From Eledone cirrhosa (taxonomy: Eukaryota), in NCBI GenBank assembly GCA_964016885.1, contig OZ024764.1:19406001-19470000 (forward strand): 64,000 bases of DNA. Direction: 5' to 3'. The position numbers and the translations under genes are program-made. The notes below the pieces were generated by a model, which made no database searches, was not told where the DNA came from, and saw nothing but the letters and a program-made list of their open reading frames with translations. Below, piece by piece: positions 55,801-64,000 of the stretch; the first letter of the stretch is position 1; each line of letters starts with the position of its first letter.

Positions 55801-58800
55801 TAGTGACATTAGATTATACTGACTGATAAAAGTAGTTATTAGTGACATTAGATTAAACTGACTGATAAAAGTAGTTATTAGTGGCAGTAGATTAAACTGA
55901 CTGATAAAAGTAGTTATTAGTGGCAGTAGATTAAACTGAATGATAAAAGTAGTTATTAGTGACAGTAGATTAAACTGACTGATAAAAGTAGTTATTAGTG
56001 GCAGTAGATTATACTGACTGATAAAAGTAGTTATTAGTGACATTAGATTAAACTGACTGATAAAAGTAGTTATTAGTGACATTAGATTATACTGACTGAT
56101 AAAAGTAGTTATTAGTGACATTAGATTATACTGACTGATAAAAGTAGTTATTAGTGACATTAGATTAAACTGACTGATAAAAGTAGTTATTAGTGACATT
56201 AGATTAAAATGACTGATAAAAGTAGTTATTAGTGATATTAGATTAAATTGACTAATAAAAGTAGTTATTAGTGACATTACATTAAACTGACTGATAAAAG
56301 TAGTTATTAGTGGCAGTAGATTAAACTGACTGATAAAAGTAGTTATTAGTGGCATTAGATTATACTGACTGATAAAAGTAGTTATTAGTGACATTAGATT
56401 AAACTGACTGATAAAAGTAGTTATTAGTGACATTAGATTAAACTGACAGATAAAAGTAGTTATTAGTGGCAGTAGATTAAACTGACTGATAAAAGTAGTT
56501 ATTAGTGACATTAGATTAAACTGACTGATAAAAGTAGTTATTAGTGACATTAGATTAAACTGACTGATAAAAGTAGTTATTAGGGACATTAGATTAAACT
56601 AACTGATAAAAGTAGTTATTAGTGACATTAGATTAAACTGACTGATAAAAGTAGTTATTAGTGACATTAGATTAAACTGACTGATAAAAGTAGTTATTAG
56701 TGACATTAGATTAAACTGACTGATAAAAGTAGTTATTAGTGGCAGTAGATTAAACTGACTGATAAAAGTAGTTATTAGTGACATTAGATTATACTGACTG
56801 ATAAAAGTAGTTATTAGTGACATTAGATTAAACTGACTGATAAAAGTAGTTATTAGTGACATTAGATTAAACTGACTGATAAAAGTAGTTATTAGTGACA
56901 TTAGATTATACTGACTGATAAAAGTAGTTATTAGTGAAATTAGATTAAACTGACTGATAAAAGTAGTTATTAGTGACATTAGATTATACTGACTGATAAA
57001 AGTAGTTATTAGTGACATTAGATTAAACTGACTGATAAAAGTAGTTATTAGTGACATTAGATTAAACTGACTGATAAAAGTAGTTATTAGTGACATTAGA
57101 TTATACTGACTGATAAAAGTAGTTATTAGTGACATTAGATTAAACTGACTGATAAAAGTAGTTATTAGTGACATTAGATTATACTGACAGATAAAAGTAG
57201 TTATTAGTGAGATTAGATTAAACTGACTGATAAAAGTAGTTATTAGTGAGATTAGATTAAACTGACTGATAAAAGTAGTTATTAGTGACATTAGATTATA
57301 CTGACTGATAAAAGTAGTTATTAGTGACATTAGATTATACTGACTGATAAAAGTAGTTATTAGTGACATTAGATTATACTGACTGATAAAAGTAGTTATT
57401 AGTGACATTAGATTATACTGACAGATAAAAGTAGTTATTAGTGAGATTAGATTAAACTGACTGATAAAAGTAGTTATTAGTGACATTAGATTATACTGAC
57501 TGATAAAAGTAGTTATTAGTGACATTAGATTATACTGACTGATAAAAGTAGTTATTAGTGACATTAGATTATACTGACTGATAAAAGTAGTTATTAGTGA
57601 CATTAGATTATACTGACAGATAAAAGTAGTTATTAGTGAGATTAGATTAAACTGACTGATAAAAGTAGTTATTAGTGGCAGTAGATTATACTGACAGATA
57701 AAAGTAGTTATTAGTGACATTAGATTATAGTGCAAGATAAAAGTAGTTATTAGTGACATTAGATTATACTGACTGATAAAAGTAGTTATTAGTGACATTA
57801 GATTATACTGACTGATAAAAGTAGTTATTAGTGACATTAGATTATACTGACTGATAAAAGTAGTTATTAGTGACATTAGATTATACTGACTGATAAAAGT
57901 AGTTATTAGTGACATTAGATTATACTGACTGATAAAAGTAGTTATTAGTGACATTAGATTATACTGACTGATAAAAGTAGTTATTAGTGACATTAGATTA
58001 TACTGACAGATAAAAGTAGTTATTAGTGAGATTAGATTAAACTGACTGATAAAAGTAGTTATTAGTGGCAGTAGATTATACTGACAGATAAAAGTAGTTA
58101 TTAGTGACATTAGATTATACTGACTGATAAAAGTAGTTATTAGTGAGATTAGATTAAACTGACTGATAAAAGTAGTTATTAGTGACATTAGATTAAACTG
58201 ACTGATAAAAGTAGTTACTAGTGACATTAGATTATACTGACAGATAAAAGTAGTTACTAGTGAGATTAGATTAAACTGACTGATAAAAGTAGTTATTAGT
58301 GAGATTAGATTAAACTGACTGATAAAAGTAGTTATTAGTGACATTAGATTAAACTGACTGATAAAAGTAGTTATTAGTGACATTAGATTATACTGACTGA
58401 TAAAAGTAGTTATTAGTGACATTAGATTATACTGACTGATAAAAGTAGTTATTAGTGACATTAGATTATACTGACAGATAAAAGTAGTTATTAGTGAGAT
58501 TAGATTAAACTGACTGATAAAAGTAGTTATTAGTGACATTAGATTATACTGACAGATAAAAGTAGTTATTAGTGACATTAGATTAAACTGACTGATAAAA
58601 GTAGTTATTAGTGACATTAGATTATACTGACTGATAAAAGTAGTTATTAGTGACATTAGATTATACTGACAGATAAAAGTAGTTATTAGTGAGATTAGAT
58701 TAAACTGACTGATAAAAGTAGTTATTAGTGACATTATATTATACTGACAGATAAAAGTAGTTATTAGTGAGATTAGATTAAACTAACTGATAAAAGTAGT

Positions 58801-61800
58801 TATTAGTGACATTAGATTAAACTGACTGATAAAAGTAGTTATTAGTGACATTAGATTAAACTGACTGATAAAAGTAGTTATTAGTGACATTAGATTAAAC
58901 TGACTGATAAAAGTAGTTATTAGTGGCAGTAGATTAAACTGACTGATAAAAGTAGTTATTAGTGACATTAGATTAAACTGACTGATAAAAGTAGTTATTA
59001 GTGACATTAGATTAAACTGACTGATAAAAGTAGTTATTAGTGACATTAGATTATACTGACTGATAAAAGTAGTTATTAGTGACATTAGATTAAACTGACT
59101 GATAAAAGTAGTTATTAGTGACATTAGATTATACTGACAGATAAAAGTAGTTATTAGTGAGATTAGATTAAACTGACTGATAAAAGTAGTTATTAGTGAG
59201 ATTAGATTAAACTGACTGATAAAAGTAGTTATTAGTGACATTAGATTATACTGACAGATAAAAGTAGTTATTAGTGAGATTAGATTAAACTGACTGATAA
59301 AAGTAGTTATTAGTGAGATTAGATTAAACTGACTGATAAAAGTAGTTATTAGTGACATTAGATTATACTGACTGATAAAAGTAGTTATTAGTGACATTAG
59401 ATTATACTGACTGATAAAAGTAGTTATTAGTGACATTAGATTATACTGACTGATAAAAGTAGTTATTAGTGACATTAGATTATACTGACAGATAAAAGTA
59501 GTTATTAGTGAGATTAGATTAAACTGACTGATAAAAGTAGTTATTAGTGACATTAGATTATACTGACTGATAAAAGTAGTTATTAGTGACATTAGATTAT
59601 ACTGACTGATAAAAGTAGTTATTAGTGACATTAGATTATACTGACTGATAAAAGTAGTTATTAGTGACATTAGATTATACTGACAGATAAAAGTAGTTAT
59701 TAGTGAGATTAGATTAAACTGACTGATAAAAGTAGTTATTAGTGGCAGTAGATTATACTGACAGATAAAAGTAGTTATTAGTGACATTAGATTATAGTGC
59801 AAGATAAAAGTAGTTATTAGTGACATTAGATTATACTGACTGATAAAAGTAGTTATTAGTGACATTAGATTATACTGACTGATAAAAGTAGTTATTAGTG
59901 ACATTAGATTATACTGACTGATAAAAGTAGTTATTAGTGACATTAGATTATACTGACTGATAAAAGTAGTTATTAGTGACATTAGATTATACTGACTGAT
60001 AAAAGTAGTTATTAGTGACATTAGATTATACTGACTGATAAAAGTAGTTATTAGTGACATTAGATTATACTGACAGATAAAAGTAGTTATTAGTGAGATT
60101 AGATTAAACTGACTGATAAAAGTAGTTATTAGTGGCAGTAGATTATACTGACAGATAAAAGTAGTTATTAGTGACATTAGATTATACTGACTGATAAAAG
60201 TAGTTATTAGTGAGATTAGATTAAACTGACTGATAAAAGTAGTTATTAGTGACATTAGATTAAACTGACTGATAAAAGTAGTTACTAGTGACATTAGATT
60301 ATACTGACAGATAAAAGTAGTTACTAGTGAGATTAGATTAAACTGACTGATAAAAGTAGTTATTAGTGAGATTAGATTAAACTGACTGATAAAAGTAGTT
60401 ATTAGTGACATTAGATTAAACTGACTGATAAAAGTAGTTATTAGTGACATTAGATTATACTGACTGATAAAAGTAGTTATTAGTGACATTAGATTATACT
60501 GACTGATAAAAGTAGTTATTAGTGACATTAGATTATACTGACAGATAAAAGTAGTTATTAGTGAGATTAGATTAAACTGACTGATAAAAGTAGTTATTAG
60601 TGACATTAGATTATACTGACAGATAAAAGTAGTTATTAGTGACATTAGATTAAACTGACTGATAAAAGTAGTTATTAGTGACATTAGATTATACTGACTG
60701 ATAAAAGTAGTTATTAGTGACATTAGATTATACTGACAGATAAAAGTAGTTATTAGTGAGATTAGATTAAACTGACTGATAAAAGTAGTTATTAGTGACA
60801 TTATATTATACTGACAGATAAAAGTAGTTATTAGTGAGATTAGATTAAACTGACTGATAAAAGTAGTTATTAGTGAGATTAGATTAAACTGACTGATAAA
60901 AGTAGTTATTAGTGACATTAGATTAAACTGACTGATAAAAGTAGTTATTAGTGACATCAGATTATACTGACAGATAAAAGTAGTTATTAGTGAGATTAGA
61001 TTAAACTGACTGATAAAAGTAGTTATTAGTGACATTAGATTATACTGACTGATAAAAGTAGTTATTAGTGACATTAGATTATACTGACTGAGAAAAGTAG
61101 TTATTAGTGACATTAGATTATACTGACTGATAAAAGTAGCTATTAGTGACATTAGATTAAACTGACTGATAAAAGTAGTTATTAGTGACATTAGATTAAA
61201 CTGACTGATAAAAGTAGTTATTAGTGAGATTAGATTAAACTGACTGATAAAAGTAGTTATTAGTAACATTAGATTATACTGACTGATAAAAGTAGTTATT
61301 AGTGACATTAGATTAAACTGACTGATAAAAGTAGTTATTAGTGATATTAGATTAAACTGACTGATAAAAGTAGTTATTAGTGAAATTACATTATACTGAC
61401 TGATAAAAGTAGTTATTAGTGACATTAGATTAAACTGACTGATAAAAGTAGTTATTAGTGACATTAGATTAAACTGACTGATAAAAGTAGTTATTAGTGA
61501 GATTAGATTAAACTGACTGATAAAAGTAGTTATTAGTGACATTAGATTATACTGACTGATAAAAGTAGTTATTAGTGACATTAGATTATACTGACTGATA
61601 AAAGTAGTTATTAGTGACATTAGATTATACTGACTGATAAAAGTAGCTATTAGTGACATTAGATTAAACTGACTGATAAAAGTAGTTATTAGTGACATTA
61701 GATTAAACTGACTGATAAAAGCAGTTATTAGTGAGATTAGATTAAACTGACTGATAAAAGTAGTTATTAGTGACATTAGATTATACTGACTGATAAAAGT

Positions 61801-64000
61801 AGTTATTAGTGACATTAGATTATACTGACTGATAAAGGTAGTTATTAGTGACATTAGATTAAACTGACTGATAAAAGTAGTTATTAGTGACATTAGATTA
61901 AACTGACTGATAAAAGTAGTTATTAGTGACATTAGATTAAACTGACTGATAAGAGTAGTTATTAGTGACATTAGATTATACTGACTGATAAAAGTAGTTA
62001 TTAGTGACATTAGATTAAACTGACTGATAAAAGTAGTTATTAGTGACATTAGAGTATACTGACTGATAAAAGTAGTTATTAGTGACATTAGATTAAACTG
62101 ACTGATAAAAGTAGTTATTAGTGACATTAGATTAAACTGACTGATAAAAGTAGTTATTAGTGACATTAGATTATACTGACTGATAAAAGTAGTTATTAGT
62201 GACATTAGATTAAACTGACTGATAAAAGTAGTTATTAGTGGCAGTAGATTAAACTGACTGATAAAAGTAGTTATTAGTGGCAGTAGATTAAACTGAATGA
62301 TAAAAGTAGTTATTAGTGACAGTAGATTAAACTGACTGATAAAAGTAGTTATTAGTGGCAGTAGATTATACTGACTGATAAAAGTAGTTATTAGTGACAT
62401 TAGATTAAACTGACTGATAAAAGTAGTTATTAGTGACATTAGATTATACTGACTGATAAAAGTAGTTATTAGTGACATTAGATTATACTGACTGATAAAA
62501 GTAGTTATTAGTGACATTAGATTAAACTGACTGATAAAAGTAGTTATTAGTGACATTAGATTAAAATGACTGATAAAAGTAGTTATTAGTGATATTAGAT
62601 TAAACTGACTAATAAAAGTAGTTATTAGTGACATTACATTACACTGACTGATAAAAGTAGTTATTAGTGGCAGTAGATTAAACTGACTGATAAAAGTAGT
62701 TATTAGTGGCATTAGATTATACTGACTGATAAAAGTAGTTATTAGTGACATTAGATTAAACTGACTGATAAAAGTAGTTATTAGTGACATTAGATTAAAC
62801 TGACAGATAAAAGTAGTTATTAGTGGCAGTAGATTAAACTGACTGATAAAAGTAGTTATTAGTGACATTAGATTAAACTGACTGATAAAAGTAGTTATTA
62901 GTGACATTAGATTAAACTGACTGATAAAAGTAGTTATTAGGGACATTAGATTAAACTAACTGATAAAAGTAGTTATTAGTGACATTAGATTAAACTGACT
63001 GATAAAAGTAGTTATTAGTGACATTAGATTAAACTGACTGATAAAAGTAGTTATTAGTGACATTAGATTAAACTGACTGATAAAAGTAGTTATTAGTGGC
63101 AGTAGATTAAACTGACTGATAAAAGTAGTTATTAGTGACATTAGATTATACTGACTGATAAAAGTAGTTATTAGTGACATTAGATTAAACTGACTGATAA
63201 AAGTAGTTATTAGTGACATTAGATTAAACTGACTGATAAAAGTAGTTATTAGTGACATTAGATTATACTGACTGATAAAAGTAGTTATTAGTGAAATTAG
63301 ATTAAACTGACTGATAAAAGTAGTTATTAGTGACATTAGATTATACTGACTGATAAAAGTAGTTATTAGTGACATTAGATTAAACTGACTGATAAAAGTA
63401 GTTATTAGTGAGATTAGATTAAACTGACTGATAAAAGTAGTTATTAGTGAGATTAGATTAAACTGACTGATAAAAGTAGTTATTAGTGACATTAGATTAA
63501 ACTGACTGATAAAAGTAGTTATTAGTGACATTAGATTATACTGACTGATAAAAGTAGTTATTAGTGACATTAGATTATACTGACTGATAAAAGTAGTTAT
63601 TAGTGACATTAGATTATACTGACTGATAAAAGTAGTTATTAGTGACATTAGATTATACTGACAGATAAAAGTAGTTATTAGTGAGATTAGATTAAACTGA
63701 CTGATAAAAGTAGTTATTAGTGACATTAGATTATACTGACTGATAAAAGTAGTTATTAGTGACATTAGATTATACTGACTGATAAAAGTAGTTATTAGTG
63801 ACATTAGATTAAACTGACTGATAAAAGTAGTTATTAGTGGCAGTAGATTAAACTGACTGATAAAAGTAGTTATTAGTGACATTAGATTATACTGACTGAT
63901 AAAAGTAGTTATTAGTGACATTAGATTAAACTGACTGATAAAAGTAGTTATTAGTGACATTAGATTAAACTGACTGATAAAAGTAGTTATTAGTGACATT
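28888..64000. repeat. 39-bp AT-rich satellite array (>=35 kb, ~900 monomers, runs off the window)
   Basis: Consensus ACTGACTGATAAAAGTAGTTATTAGTGACATTAGATTA(T/A), uninterrupted by any insertion. Confidence 0.98.

Noticed and set aside
28881-63999. Giant repeat-protein gene(s) suggested by ORFs up to 2312 aa
   Set aside because: Artefact of a 39-bp monomer with one stop-free frame; no unique domains, and stops and frameshifts propagate with block duplications.
28888-64000. CRISPR-like array
   Set aside because: Monomers are contiguous with no unique spacers, there are no cas genes, and the context is eukaryotic.

Overview
Repeat-rich animal genomic DNA, most likely from an octopus or other coleoid cephalopod (inferred from effector-less tandem C2H2 zinc-finger genes and the SINE/RTE repertoire). 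The first ~28.9 kb is a C2H2-ZNF cluster segment. It holds two paralogous ZNF ORFs (11171-12025 +, 26982-27929 -) and three copies of a duplicated module containing a Helitron, SINE relics, a MITE, VNTRs and an E-box/ETS/NRF1/CRE promoter. It also holds a compact 4.1-kb Ty3/gypsy-order LTR element, a near full-length RTE LINE, RTE fragments, a hAT transposon with an 8-bp TSD and a Merlin/ISXO2 fragment. From ~28.9 kb to the window end is a 39-bp satellite (~900 monomers, kb-scale block duplications) that starts just upstream of the ZNF gene's splice acceptor. Top observations: (1) the LTR element's primer-binding site is the exact complement of nt 1-12 (the 5' end) of tRNA-Phe, not a tRNA 3' end; (2) one ZNF coding segment is inverted relative to its own 5'UTR exon, predicting an antisense-ZNF transcript; (3) the LTR element looks chimeric and sits at a duplication junction. 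All calls were made by eye; no database searches were run.
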